Source of the DNA: Octopus vulgaris
Lineage: Eukaryota
Assembly: GCA_951406725.2 (NCBI GenBank)
Contig: OX597824.1
Span: forward strand, 59,086,001-59,150,000
DNA: 64,000 nt
Reading direction: 5' to 3'
Shown here: positions 1-13,199 of the stretch, piece after piece
Position numbering within the stretch: position 1 is the stretch's first letter
How the letters are laid out: every line of letters begins with the position of its first letter
The notes under the pieces: model-generated
Database searches by the model: none
Told to the model about the DNA's origin: nothing
The model's input: the letters and a program-made list of their open reading frames with translations, nothing else
Position numbers and translations under genes: made by a program

Positions 1-72
1 CTTTAAACTAATACATCTGTTTGCTGTTTACACACCCATCTTCGTCTTTTGTGTTTTTGTAAATTCTCACTA
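1..72 (+). mobile_element. Fragment of a Penelope-like terminal-repeat (pLTR-like) family, cut by the window edge
   Basis: Reverse complement aligns with 34430-34500 and 63915-63990; ends in (TA)n. Confidence 0.55.
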
Positions 73-465
73 TATATATACATACATACATATGTATATA
101 TATATATATATTCGTGCTCGCAAATCCACATTCACACGCAAAATGATGCACGTGCCAACTTATAGTTACCTACGTACATACACACAAGAGCATATACTTA
201 TGACACATGACCAAACGAATAAAACTTTGTCAAACACAGCCGCCATATTGCATCTTCATCCTTCTCAAGCTACTCACTTACAATCGCCTCTCTTCACATT
301 TGTCGACGTCAAAAACTCATGTCATTTCTTTATTATTGTTATTATTTTGCTTTGTTCGGGTACTGTGTTATTGTTGTTTTTGTTTATTTGTATTATGTTT
401 ACTTATTCCAGCTTTCAATTTCTATCAATTTCTATAGAACAAGAGAGAAATTTGATAGGTATACA

Positions 466-560
466 AGAAGAAGAAGAAGAAGAAGAAGAAGAAGAAGAAG
501 AAGAAGAAGAAGAAGAAGAAGAAGAAGAAGAAGAAGAAGAAGAAGAAGAAGAAGAAGAAG
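466..560 (+). repeat. (GAA)n microsatellite
   Basis: Perfect trinucleotide run. Confidence 0.98.
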
Positions 561-1258
561 CACAACAACAACGATGACGATGACGACAGCAACAACAAAG
601 GAGATGGAAATATCTTTATTTTCTTCCTTCTGACTCTAGAAGTGTGAGAGAATCTTATATTACAACATGCTCTCCAGAAATGAGTATTAAAGGACACAAG
701 CTTGGGTGTATGCATACGTGTGTTCATGTGTTTTTGAATATCTGTGTCTGTCTGTGTCTTTACGACTATGTATGTGTGCATATTTTATGATAATTCAAAA
801 TGGTTTTCAACGTTGTCTGAGAAATGCATATTAAGGGAGATAAGAACGTCAAGAAAATAACATGTAAAATCGTTTCTAATATAGACATAAATCCTGGAAT
901 TGCTACTGTTCTGTAAATTCTCTAAAGTGGTTGTGATATTTGAGGGCAGCCATTATTCAGAGTAATTGTTTCAAAAATGGGCACAAGACCTCAAATTTAG
1001 GGGAGAGATCAGCCGAAAATATCAACCCAGTATTTAAAATGTATTTAATGTATTTCACTACTGACTCTCCCTGAACGGCGACAAAGTTGTATCGGAAAGG
1101 TTTTGAATTCCAAATATAAAGAGCCGCACCAAATATTGTAATGCATTTTGTTCGGTGCAGTGGAATTTTGTCTTTTTATAACAATAACGTCAACAGCAAC
1201 GACAGGAGGAAGAGGAAAAGAAGAAAATGATGATGATGACGACAACGACGATGAAAAG

Positions 1259-1324
1259 AAGATGATGATGATGATGATGATGATTATGATGATGATGATG
1301 GTGATGATGATGATGATGATGGTT

Positions 1325-1374
<50 letters not shown>

Positions 1375-1423
1375 GGTGGTGGTGGTGGTGGTGGTGGTGG
1401 TGATGATGATGATGATGATGATG
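1259..1423 (+). repeat. (ATG)n/(GTG)n compound microsatellite
   Basis: Directly visible. Confidence 0.95.
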
Positions 1424-1899
1424 ATTCTACTAGAATTCCGCGTTTGTATATCAATATTTTGATAGCTTTCACGAATTTATAAAATTTATATACTCCGAGA
1501 GTAGCAGACACGGAGATGACAAACAAGCAGGAATCAATAATAATTTGGAGACTTGATATTTATTTTAGCATTTAAACCAAATATTTCAGAAAAAATTGTT
1601 TGTGTCAACAGAAACGAGAGGTAGCGTATTATGGTTACCAGTTTTGATTAGCGCATCTTGTTCCCGCTCTATTCCATTATCTCTTTTCTTCAAACTATAG
1701 AATTTTTCATAGCATTTCATTTTTATTAAACTATGGAATGTTTTGTGGAAGGCATAGAAAGAAATAAAAAGAAGGAAATAAATAAAGGATAGAAAGCTAC
1801 AGAGAAAGTGAAAGAAAGGATGATAGAAAGTAATAAAGAAGAATATTATATAAACAAAATATAATCTTCAGGATAAAGAATAATAATTATTCGGAGAAG

Positions 1900-1936
<37 letters not shown>

Positions 1937-2340
1937 AGCGTTTTCATGTGATTGTAAGTATATGTATACATGCACAAAGACACACACACACTCATCCCAC
2001 CTCCACCCACCCCCACACAAACACACACACACACATACATACATGCACACACATATATATATTGATGCATACATAATGCGTACATACGTACATTTCAATT
2101 TCAGTTTTTAATTTCTGAAGTGTCTCCATTCTTCCATTGCAATAATAATTTGGCCTGATGATATTTTTAGTTGGAAAAGATTTCGTTTACTCACAGCTTT
2201 TGGCGAATCCCCTTAATATCAGTATGGAGTGAGTTGTATAGAATGTCCTGGGGTGACTGTTGTTTTCTTTACAGAACAGCACACTATAACAATTATGATA
2301 ATGACAATAATGATAACATAATGATGATGATGATTATACA

Positions 2341-2866
2341 TGCCCTCATGCAATACCAGCCAGTGGCTCTCATGGCTTCTGATTGAAAGTGTTATCATAT
2401 ACATTGTTTAGTCTTGATATAAGAGATTGGCTACAGCAAATATTCTGCTCAATACTACAGATTTGCTTGTCAGTTGTTTGACCTTAAGCAGTTGAACATG
2501 TCCCTTAGTGGCTGACAATATGTGCATCTGTGATCACGAGCAGAAGTAGTGGGGTTGCATCATAGTCATGTGTTGAGAGGAATTCTTTGGGGGTCTGAAT
2601 ATTTTACCGCTGGAAACGGGTATTTCGTTTAACATCCTTAAACAAACCTTATTCAGAGACCTTTTGAGTGGGATGGGCTTCTCGACCTGAAGAAAATTCT
2701 AACTGGGCACCACCTGCAAGGTCATGCGCTGTTTACCTTGATAAGAGATCACCATGTCGCGCACTTGTGGTTGTGATGCATCACGGGCAATCATGATGGG
2801 TACATGGGGCTTCGTATAATTGTACTCCAGTGTCACTTTAGGGCATGTGCTGCTCTCTCACTCAGT
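2341..2866 (+). mobile_element. ~550-bp TAA-repeat-associated retroposed element, copy 1 (probable 3' UTR or non-autonomous partner of an R4/Dong-type LINE)
   Basis: Aligns over its length with 2890-3440 and 5150-5681; ends ctctctcactca followed by (TAA)n. Confidence 0.75.
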
Positions 2867-2889
2867 AATAATAATAATAATAATAATAA

Positions 2890-3440
2890 TAGCAGTACCA
2901 GGCAGTGGCTCTTATGGCTTCTGATCTTAACTGATTGGAAGTGTTATCATGTACATTGTTTTGTCTTGGTATAAAAGATGGGCTACAGCAAATATTCTGC
3001 TCAATACCACAGATTTGCTTGTCAGTTGTTTGACCTTAACCAGTTGAGCATGTCCCTTAGTGGCTGATGATATGTGCATCTCTGATCACGAGCAGAAGTA
3101 GTGGGGGAGCATCATAGCCATGTGTTGAGAGGGATTCTTTGGGGTTTGAATAGTTCACCTCTGGAAACATGGGTGGTTCTTTCAACATCCTTAAGCAACC
3201 CTTATTCAGGGACCGTTTGAGCGGGATGGGCTACTCAACCTGAAGAAAATTCTAACTGGGCCCCACCTGCAAGGTCATGTGCTGTTTATCTTGATATGAG
3301 ATCACCATGTCGCGCACATATGGTTGTGATTCATGTGCCTGGTGTACCTTTATCAGACGGGTAGTCATGATGGGTATATTGGGCTTCGTATATTTTACCC
3401 CAGTGTCACTTTGATGGCATGAACTGCTCTCTCACTCAAT
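2890..3440 (+). mobile_element. ~550-bp TAA-repeat-associated element, copy 2
   Basis: Tandem to copy 1, separated only by (TAA)n. Confidence 0.78.
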
Positions 3441-3487
3441 ACTAATAATAATAGTAATAATAATAATGATAATAATGATAATAATAA

Positions 3488-3986
3488 CAGAAAAAAGATG
3501 GTATAGGCACACACCAGAAAAGGTCACAGAAAACGAGAAAGCAACCATACTCAGATAGAGAAATTAAGGCCAACAGACCAGATATAGTTGTCAGAGATCA
3601 TGAAGAAAAAAAATGCTTTCTAATTGATGTATCAATACCGGCTGATGACAACGTGTCTCTAAAAGAAATGGAGAAACTCTCAAAATACAAAGACCTGGAA
3701 ATAGAGGTAACTAGAATGTGGAATCTGAAAACAGAAACAATTCCTATCATAGTAGGTGCATTAGGCATGATAAAAAAATATTCAGACAAATACATAACAA
3801 AAACACCAGGACTTACAAACACATATAACATACAGAAAATTGCACTACTAGGCACTGCACACATCTTACGCAGAACACTTTCCATACAATAACCATCAGA
3901 GCATCACAACAAATCACAGCACATACCCAATGCACACAGAGCTGTGCTCGGTAGTGAAGTGAAAGCACACTATAAAAATAAAACTA

Positions 3987-3991
<5 letters not shown>
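3488..3991 (+). mobile_element. 5'-truncated non-LTR retrotransposon 3' end, R4/Dong-like with restriction-like endonuclease
   Basis: Translates to WYRHTPEKV...ANRPDIVVRD...LIDVSIP...KEMEKLSKYKDLEIE...IPIIVGALG...KIALLGTAHILRRTL (PD-(D/E)xK RLE C-terminus), then a short 3' UTR; flanked by (TAA)n. Confidence 0.88.
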
Positions 3992-4075
<84 letters not shown>

Positions 4076-4211
4076 CGATGATGAAGATGATGATGATGAG
4101 GAGGAGGATGATCATCATCATCATGATAGTGATCATGATCAAGATCATAATAGAAACAACACAGAAAAAGCTAACTGTAGGAAAACCCTTGCTAAAACTG
4201 TAATAAATAGC

Positions 4212-4397
4212 AAGAAAAACTTTTGGAGCAGATAGTGCTGCCCTGAGTGAAGGAGGCTGCAGGACTCTGTAGCATGCCACACAAACAGGAGAACCCAGTC
4301 ATAGCTGTCAGATAATTTCTACGACCACATCAACCCTAACATCTGGCCACCCAATTCCCCAAACTACAACACCCTTGATTATTATGTATGGTACGCA

Positions 4398-4400
<3 letters not shown>
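4212..4400 (+). mobile_element. maT/mariner transposase fragment (inverted duplicate of 5841-6050)
   Basis: Encodes a ...NIWPPNSPNYNTLDYYVW-like mariner motif; reverse-complement match to 5841-6050. Confidence 0.75.
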
Positions 4401-4468
<68 letters not shown>

Positions 4469-4516
4469 CATTGAATGAGAGAGCAGCGCAACCCATCATA
4501 TTGATATTGGGGTACA

Positions 4517-4731
4517 AACTGAGCAAATATAAAGACCGTGAAATAGAAATTGACAAAATGTGGAACCTTAAGACTTAAACAATACCTGTTGTCACAGGTG
4601 CACTAGAAATGTTAGCAAAAGAGGCTGATTGCTACCTGTCTCAGATACCAGTAAATCTAAATATGGAAGAAATTATAAAAATAGTGCTCATGGGAACTGC
4701 GCATATCCTACGTAAAATATTGTCTGTGTAA
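4517..4731 (+). mobile_element. Second R4/Dong-like LINE ORF C-terminal remnant
   Basis: KLSKYKDREIEIDKMWNLKT*TIPVVTGALEM...KIVLMGTAHILRKILSV*. Confidence 0.8.
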
Positions 4732-5066
4732 CTCGCAAAACATTTTAATCAGTAAATATTGTCGGAAGTACTTTTAAATGTACATAATAGCAAACAACTT
4801 TTAGTGTCATCTTACGATCATACTATCATCTTATAATCATATTACTTTTAAGACAATCTTCTAATTTTCTTACGTTTTGACAGATACTCTCTAGAACACT
4901 ACTTTGTGCAAAACCAAAGTTATGGTACCTTATCCATAACACCGAACTAGACTTCGAACTTGTCTCTTGAGTTTTCTCGATGAGACTTGGAATCAATTTG
5001 TTCAAGTTAAAAGTAATAGTCATGAGTATAATAGTAATAATAATGATAATGATGATGATGATGATG

Positions 5067-5133
<67 letters not shown>

Positions 5134-5149
5134 CAACAACAATAATAAA

Positions 5150-5681
5150 TGCCCTGATGTATTACCAGGCAGAGGTCTCTGATCATAATTGATTGGAAGT
5201 GTTATGTACATTGTTTTGTCTTGGTATAAAAAGATGGGCTACAGTAAATATCCTGTTCAATACCACAGATTTGCTTGTAAGTTGTTTGACTTTAAACAGT
5301 TGAGCATGTTTCTGAGTGGCTGACGATATGTGCATCTCTGATCACGAGCAGGAGTAGTGAGTGTTCATAACAGACATGTGTTGAGAGGAATTCTTTGAGG
5401 TTTGGATAATTCACCTTTGGATACATAAACCCTTAAACAACCCTTATTAAGGACCTTTAGAGCGGGATGGAGTACTCGACCTGAAGAAAATTCTGACTGG
5501 ACACCACCTGCAAGGTCATGCGCAGTTTATCTTCATATGAAATTACCATGTCGTGCACATATGGTTGTGGTGCATGTGCCTGGTGTACACTCACCAGACG
5601 GGTAGTCATATGGGTACATGGGGTTTTGTATAATTGTACCCCAGTGTCACTTTGATGGCATGCGTTGCTCTCTCACTCAAT
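5150..5681 (+). mobile_element. ~550-bp TAA-repeat-associated element, copy 3
   Basis: Homologous to 2341-2866 and 2890-3440; flanked by long (TAA)n. Confidence 0.78.
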
Positions 5682-5682
5682 G

Positions 5683-5818
<136 letters not shown>

Positions 5819-5840
5819 TGATGATAATAATAATAATAAT

Positions 5841-6830
5841 AACTGCGTCTCATACACAATAATCAAGGGTGTTGTAGTCTGGGCAGTTGGATGGCCAGAT
5901 GTTAGGTTTGATGTGGTCGTAGAAATTGTCTGGCAGCCATGACTGGGTGCTCCTGTTTGTGTGGCATGCTCAGAGTTCTGTTACCAGACATATGGTCTTC
6001 CAGCAGCCTCCTTCTTCACTCATGGCAGCACTACCTGCTCCAGGCACTTGATGTAGACCTCCATGTTGAGTCTGGGATCGTTTGGGAAAATGAATGGAGG
6101 CATAACATCGCCATCACTAGTGATCACTCGAAACATCATGATGTTGACTGGATGTTTGATTTTATCACTCTCGGTAAAAGTTTCGGGGACACGGCAAGCC
6201 AACGGTTGTTCCGTGTGTTTACCATCTGATCCTGGCAATTTTTTCCTCGTCTGAGAAAAACCAAAGCATGTTCGGTTGGAGGGGGATACTTGAGCTTGTT
6301 CAAAACCTTTGCAGCACGGACTTTCCTCTTGTCCTTGGTGACTTGGGATAAAAATTGGTCCTTTCTCATCTTCTATGAGGAATACCGAATGTTTTCATGC
6401 ACTACCTGCCTGATAAGAAACTCAGACACTTCCATGTCCCTCGCGATGGACCCGATTGACTTGGAGGGATCGTTGTCAATCATGGCCTGGATCTCACCAC
6501 CAAATTCAGGAGTTCTTTTCTGATCAGAAGGATCAGAGTGAGTTTTCCAAGCTGCCGTACGTTCGTAATCACCGTTAGTCTCATCCAACTCTTTCCGAAT
6601 CCTCTGCACTAGCCTCAGATTGACACCCAAACACTCTGAAATGTTCGTACTGGAGCTTCCGGCGCGAATGCCAAGCAGTACAGCATGTCGTTTCCATCTT
6701 TCTAGCAGAATAAATTACAGCATGGTGCTGTTTTTGTCAGTAGTTGACCCTACTATACTGTGTAGTCGACAGAATCAAAAACAAGTATTACGCATGCACG
6801 AAAATATAAAATGGAGACAACTTACCCATA
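5841..6830 (-). mobile_element. Decayed mariner-superfamily (maT/DD37D-like) transposase pseudogene
   Basis: Frameshifted ORFs 6373-6630, 6136-6369 and 6020-6238 give an HTH (DPSKSIGSIARDMEVSEFLIRQVVHE), NTRNNRWLA, HPVNIMMFRVITSDGDVMPPFIF and a WPxNxPD motif. Confidence 0.85.
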
Positions 6831-8190
6831 TGTATGTATATATATATGTGTGTGTGTGTGTGGATACATATATATGTATATATATTCTTATAAACACACA
6901 GCAGACACACATATAGTGTATGAGAGTCTTCGTATTGATATTTATTTTGCTTTAATGTTTCTGAGTTTGTCTATATGCATGTGTTTAGATGAAGTGGTGG
7001 AGGTGGTGATGGCGGGGGAGTTTGATGGCGATAATGGTAGTAATGGGGAGGGTGGTGGTGTGGAAATAATGTGTATGGGGTTGGTAGAGGTAGTTGTAAA
7101 AATGATGTGTGTGTGAGTGTGTGTGTCTGCGTATGTGTGTGTGTGTGTGTTGTGAAACAAGAGTTCAGCAGAAATTCAATACAAGATTGATATTGAAATA
7201 GCAGACGTAAAGCACAAGATCTAAGTAAACAGGACTGCTCAACCTGACATCTAGATTCTACTTCGATCGGAGTTATCATCATCGTCGTCGTCGTCGTTGT
7301 TAGAACCACCAACGCCACCACCGCCTCAATGGTCATCATCAATAACATCGTCACCAGCACCACCACTATCATCATTATTATTATCATCTTCATCATCATC
7401 ATCATCATACAAGAATCCTCTTCCTCCCCATTATAGCCAGCATCATCATTAAAACAATCATCATCATCATCATTATTATCATTATAAGGGTCATCATCTA
7501 TGATATTTTTTATTCATTTATTTTCATGAATGCTCAATATTTAGATATTTAAAATCTGTATTTAAAAGTGCTTTATATTTTGCTTTTGTGATTGTTGTTG
7601 TCTGGTTGTTATTGTGGTGGTTGTTCTTGCTGCTGTCGCTGCTGTCGGGCTTGTTAGTGTTGTGGTTGTTTTGTCCAATGTTTTTCCCAGCAGTTGTAAA
7701 TATTGTAAATATTGTTGTTGTTGTGACTGTTTATCGTTAGTGGCCGTGGTCTTCCCACCCCACCCGCCATTCAACTACTAATAGTCCACCATCTCGCATT
7801 GCTTAAACGCAAACACACCGAACGTGTTTTTAACAATAGCAAAGTCGACGACAAACCATTTTCCCTCTTCAAACATTTTTCTTCTTTTCTTTCTTTCTTT
7901 TCTTCTTCCTTTCTATCCTTATGTTTCTCTACTTTCCCATCCGCTCTCTAAACGCTCCTCTCACCAAACGCTTCTCTCGCAAAACGATCTTCTGTTTCGC
8001 TCTACGACACTCTAGTTCTCCATTTTGTCTTCTGTTTCTTTCATTCGATTATCTCACCGTACCCACCCACACACACGCACCTTCCATTCTTCCATCCATC
8101 CGGCCATCCATATACCAAAAGATGTATGCATGTATATATATGTATGTATATATGTATATATGTACGTACGTACATATATACACACGTATG

Positions 8191-8224
<34 letters not shown>

Positions 8225-8737
8225 TGTATGTATGTATGTATGTATGTATGTATTATGTATGTATGTATGTATAAAAGAAACGAAAATGAGAGAAATGAGC
8301 GAAAGAGAAATAATTTAAAGTGGTCAGTATGTTATCAACAAAGTTAAATAAAAGTATATCAAATAACATTCAAAATAAATTCCTAATTTTGTTTTCTGAG
8401 ATAATCTCTGTTTATATATATATATATATATATATATAGGGAAAAAATAATGATGAGAAACAAAAGACAGGTTACCAATAAGCATATAATAAAATATATT
8501 CCGTTATCAAAAATTGTGTCCAAAATCATGCAAAAATATATAGTATATAAGTACCTGAAAGATACATTAAAATACATAAATATATTAATAGAAATACACT
8601 AAGAATATATTAAGATTATACAAATATATAGTGCTACTTAGAATAAAAACGATATTAAAAATATATAAATGAAATGGGTGAGTATAAAATCAGCGTAGAA
8701 CATTTTAAATCTATATGAAAGGTCATAAGTCCTTAAG

Positions 8738-8830
8738 GTTCGATGGCCGTTTCTGAAGTTACAGTGGTCCAAAGATATGATAGATTTTAAGGTCCATTAA
8801 TTCTTACCACCGCCTCCTTCTTCAGGGAAA
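8738..8830 (-). ncRNA. Degenerate type-I hammerhead motif in the 3' terminal repeat of the Penelope-like element
   Basis: CUGAAGA-A-ggag gcggtggt...accactgt aa cttc-A-GAAA-CGGCCA-UC; near-palindromic stem III, weak stem I. Confidence 0.5.
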
Positions 8831-9639
8831 TTTCCACCTGATAAGTTTACATTTCTTTGAATTCCACCATAACTTTGTGGTGGAATTCAAAGTTGGCGAA
8901 CTGTATAAAGAGCTACACTTATCATTAGGGGTGGTGGTGTTAGTGTTAGGGATGTTTTCTTTTAGGGAATAGTAGTAGGGGAGGATATTCAACTATTTAG
9001 ACAGGCTTTTGTGGTCATTTTCGTACGTTTGTCATTCAATTTAATAATCGGGTCATTCAAAGTCACGAAAAAAAAATTAGCGCCATGAAGTTAGTCATTC
9101 AAATTAGTTTTTCAATTATTCAATTTCGCACTTCGGTCAAAGAATTTAGCATTTACATCATTCAAATTAAAATGCCCGTCGAGAGCATTCAAATTAAATG
9201 GAATGCGAGGAAGCGTCTTTTCGAGCATTCAAATTCGTTTCGGAGCAATCTATTTGACACTTGAGCAATCAATTTAGGGCGATAGGAGTTTTGGTTTTAT
9301 CACATGATCATTGTTATCATAAACATGTGTTTTCATCCATTGTTTATGCTTTAAGCACTCTATCGTGCCCATTCTTTTAATTTTGGATAGGTATATGTAT
9401 TTAATGTTAAAGACTTCATGAAATTGCATTCCAGCCTTTTCAATCTTTTTAAAGAAACTCACAATTACAACAAATGTTCCTTTTCTTTGATTTTTGAATA
9501 CATTATGCTGTGACGTGTTTTTCCTTTGCATATGTCTTGTTGAGAAAAGTATATATTTCTTTGATTTTGCATTTTTTCCCTTTCATCGGAGAAAGGGTGC
9601 TATGTACACTAAGATAATTATTAATTTTCAGGCTTGAAA

Positions 9640-9721
9640 GGTAGCGTGGCCGAGCGGTCTAAGGCACTGGTTTAAGGCACCAGTCTCTTCGGAGGCGTGA
9701 GTTCGAATCCCACCGCTGCCA
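9640..9721 (+). tRNA. trnL-AAG: tRNA-Leu(AAG), near intact (possible retrocopy)
   Basis: GGTAGCGTGGCCGAGCGGTCTAAGGCACTGGTTTAAGGCACCAGTCTCTTCGGAGGCGTGAGTTCGAATCCCACCGCTGCCA: full cloverleaf with variable arm and anticodon AAG, one A-C mismatch in the T stem, TTTT 8 nt downstream. Confidence 0.9.
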
Positions 9722-9735
9722 GCTTAACTTTTCAA

Positions 9736-9807
9736 TGGCGGTGCCCCAGCATGGCCACAGCTCGTGAGCTGAAACTAGATAAAATAAAATAAAAAAAATA
9801 ATAATAA
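9736..9807 (+). mobile_element. SINE/LINE-type 3' tail with stem-loop and A-rich end
   Basis: ggcggtgccccagcatggccacagctcgtgagctgaaac then (A4T)n; homologous to the family-A SINE tails in this window. Confidence 0.8.
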
Positions 9808-11065
9808 GGAGAGTTCGTTTGAAAGGATTTAATCGTCTATTTCCTAGCGGTCAAGGCATCTCGGGATATAGGTCTGGATGTGTCTATACCAACGAACACA
9901 ATTTTCTGGAGTGATAGCGTCGATGTTACGCCTTGCGGTCTCTTGTATGATATATGCTCCTGACGCCGCGAAAGTGACGTTGCAGTTTTTCCCCACACTG
10001 ACGATTGACAACTCGGCGAACGGGAACAGCTCGAGGGGCTCGTCGAAAAGACCGCCTCGTCCAAATGTACCCACATTCATCAATAAATACGCAATGGCCG
10101 ACGACTCCCTCTTCCATGAACCAATGCGCGTACTAATAACGCTTTTCCAGAGTCCTTGCATCTGGGACGTCTTCGGCCAATTTCATAGTTATCAACATCA
10201 CATCTAGATCCCGTGAAATTGCAGACACGAAAACAGGCGTCTTTCTGGACAATATTGTTTCGAAGACCCTCTTCATCTGTTGAAGGGTTTCGAGTGGGTC
10301 GGCATCAATAATCAGCTGAAGCCTGGCTCGCATTTCCTCCTTAACGTAGTGTCAAACATGTGGTGCCTCCCATACCGTAGGTAGGTCGCTAATATGGATT
10401 GGGCAGTACTCCTTTTAATGCCAAGCGTCTGCCAGTTACAGGTAATCGGTTTGATGCCCCTCGAAGGCGTCAACCAGCCTTGCCCTATTCTTCGTCCGAT
10501 ATGTGCTTGTACCTTACGCGTGGCTTCATGATTAAAAGTTGGTATACAAGAAAGAGATAGAAAATGCAACTGGTCTAGACTGGTTACGAATGTTGCCAAG
10601 AAAAAAACTTTCGTGGTCACAAGAATCACGTAATTTATTTCTTCTTATAACAGCATAATAAAATTTGCATGACAAGAAATGTCATTTAAATTTATCATTT
10701 TTAACATTCACTTCTAAGAATATGAGTAAAAACACATATATAAACTTAGTGCTAAATTGAATAAACTTATTCCGAACTCGAATGCTCACGTGCGAATCTG
10801 AATGTTCGAAACGACACTTCCTCGCATTCTGACTAATTTGAATGCTATCGACGGGCATTTTAATTTAAATAATGTAAATGCTAAATTCTTTGGCCGAAGT
10901 GTGAAATTGAATGATCGGAAAACGAATTTGAATGACCCGATTATCTAACTGAATGACTGCAAAAACCTATAATATTAAAGGTAGAGGATTAGACGAGAAG
11001 ATATAATCCAAGCTATTACAGTTCAGAATTAATGGAATAATAATTTATTGTGTAGTTATGAAGAG

Positions 11066-11482
11066 TTAGCCATACGTCTAAAGGTCGAATAATACCTGTG
11101 TCTACAAGAGAAGATAACATCTGAGAACCTATTTAACATTGAAGAATTATACTTAGGCAGAATAATTAATGATTCTTTAATTCAGAGTTTACATTTATGT
11201 GTATATTAATTGTTACTATTGACCAGGATATTTTGTACTCTATATTTTGTACTTTGAGATTATGGATATATGTAACTAGTGCAGTAGAAAATTTGGTTTT
11301 GGGGTTCGTAAAAGAAGAAATATATGCACGATATCAATGCTTAAAGACTACTGTGCTCCCAATATATATCATTGCCTGGCGGTTGTGGGGTGTCATCACA
11401 ATGCATTTAGATATCACATTTTTGCATAAGCAATATCATTCAAGAGGGCATACATTGGATGCGTGTCAGTTACATGATTTCC
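11066..11482 (-). pseudogene. Penelope-like element GIY-YIG endonuclease remnant
   Basis: Manual translation: CPLE*YCLCKNVISKCIV...IYIGSTVVFKH*YRAYISSF...STALVTYIHNLK...ISWSIV, then LNRFSDVIFSCRH. This is the Cys-rich linker plus GIY-YIG pattern of PLEs, with in-frame stops. Confidence 0.8.
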
Positions 11483-12519
11483 CCTTTGTTTGGTAGATAG
11501 AGTATCGTACTCGTGAGGTTAATTTAGTTGGTAAGGGTGGGTCTAAGTCGGAGTTTATAAAAAGTATTTGTATAATCTTAATATATTCTGAGGGCATTTC
11601 TATTGATATATTTATATATTTTAATGTATTGTTAATGTATTAATATATCTATATACTTTTTGTATGATTTTGTACACACAATTTTTATAACGGAATATAT
11701 ATTTTTACTTTCGAGTATCTAGTTGATGTATATAATTTTTGCTACGGTTGTTTAATAGACGCTGTCTGACAGCTAACATACAGCACTCAAATGCTGTCTG
11801 CCCTGAGCTTAAAGGTCTTCCGATTGCTTCACTTCTGAGATAGATACTGCCAACATCACTATGTATGTATGTACGCATGTATGTACATATATACGTACAT
11901 ACAACACGCCAGACAACAATATCTGGCGTGTTATATTTACACTTGACGGATTTTTTGACGAGAATGTTCCACTAGTATTCCTTGTGTTGGTATTTATGCA
12001 TGTATTCAATAATAGGAGGACTCACTATATTTATTCCAGGTTAGTCTTTCGGATGACATTTTATACTGTATTTGAGATAGTGTCATATCGCGTAGGCTGG
12101 TAGTACGTTAATGATAATTTTGGGCAGTTGCTAAACACAGGTGTTATGCGTCCCACAAAAATATGACCTAATCTACATTTTTGGCTGGATCTTGCAGATT
12201 CAGGGGCTTCGCTGTTCCTTTTATTCATTAGGTAATTGCTATGTGATATAGCTGTCACGATTACAAACAGGAGATTGCAATCGAAGTGTGATGTGATGTC
12301 ACGAGTTCAAGAGAGACTGCGCTTCATGTCCATATTACTGTCGTCTTATTTTTTGAGAGTGTGAGGTATACTGAGCATTTCACATCCAGGTCTTCTTTGA
12401 GGTATGTTAGTCCTGATTCTTTTGTGAATTGGGTATTTGTATGAGTTTCATCAAGAGGAAAGTCTTCCCGAGGGGCTCACTGCTGACACGTAGGATATTG
12501 CTCTATTTTTGCTGCTGTT

Positions 12520-12910
12520 GTTTAGCAAGTGCTGTCTGAAAGAGATTATGTGTCATTAAAAGGCTGTCTGCACTGATTTCAAACCTCTACCTCCTTCATG
12601 TCTTCTTAAGTAGAGTCTGTCGAATCCTGTGGAGACTTCCAGTTGATGTCAGCTTCTTGCGGGTTTTAACTTTTATCGAGTGGACTTCCTCTACATGAGC
12701 AGTCAAATATCCTAAATGTTTGAATCAGCGCTAGTACTGCAAATGTAAATGGGATATCGTCTTGTTGTAAGAAGCTACCATGTTTTTCTAAGTCTGGTAT
12801 AATATTCTTGGGTCACTTATTATTATTCACACTACCTTCGTATCATTCGTTTCCATCAATACCTAGGTACTTGTAGTATTCTTTGTGTGGGATTAAAGAG
12901 GTAGACTGAC
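12520..12910 (-). mobile_element. Non-LTR retrotransposon RT/thumb fragment (R4/Dong-like)
   Basis: YYKYLGI and DRLYLRRHEGGRGLKSV motifs on the minus strand. Confidence 0.7.
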
Positions 12911-13199
12911 CATTGATGCACAGGTTTATGGTGTGTGTGTGTGTGGGGTGGGCTGAAATTTTAACGGACCATGTCGAAGAAATCGGCTGAAGATCAGATG
13001 AACACCACCAGGTCAAAAAACGGACCAAAACTCTCCATATGATACAACGACATTACTACGACTACATCAAGGAGTTATGGCTCCTGTATGAGTATATATG
13101 TAGATGTTTGTGCGTGCGTATGTGAGTGTTTCTGTGTGTGAGTGCGTGTTAGTTTGTGCATATGTGTGTTTGTGTGCGTGCGTGTATGTATGCGTATGT

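Larger units (their letters stand above)
9002..10968 (-). mobile_element. Tc1/IS630-like DNA transposon with long imperfect TIRs and a deleted DDE transposase
   Basis: ~9002-9280 is an inverted match to ~10750-10968; internal minus-strand remnants WVHLDEAVF and ITPENCVRWYRHIQTYIPRCLDR. Confidence 0.8.
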
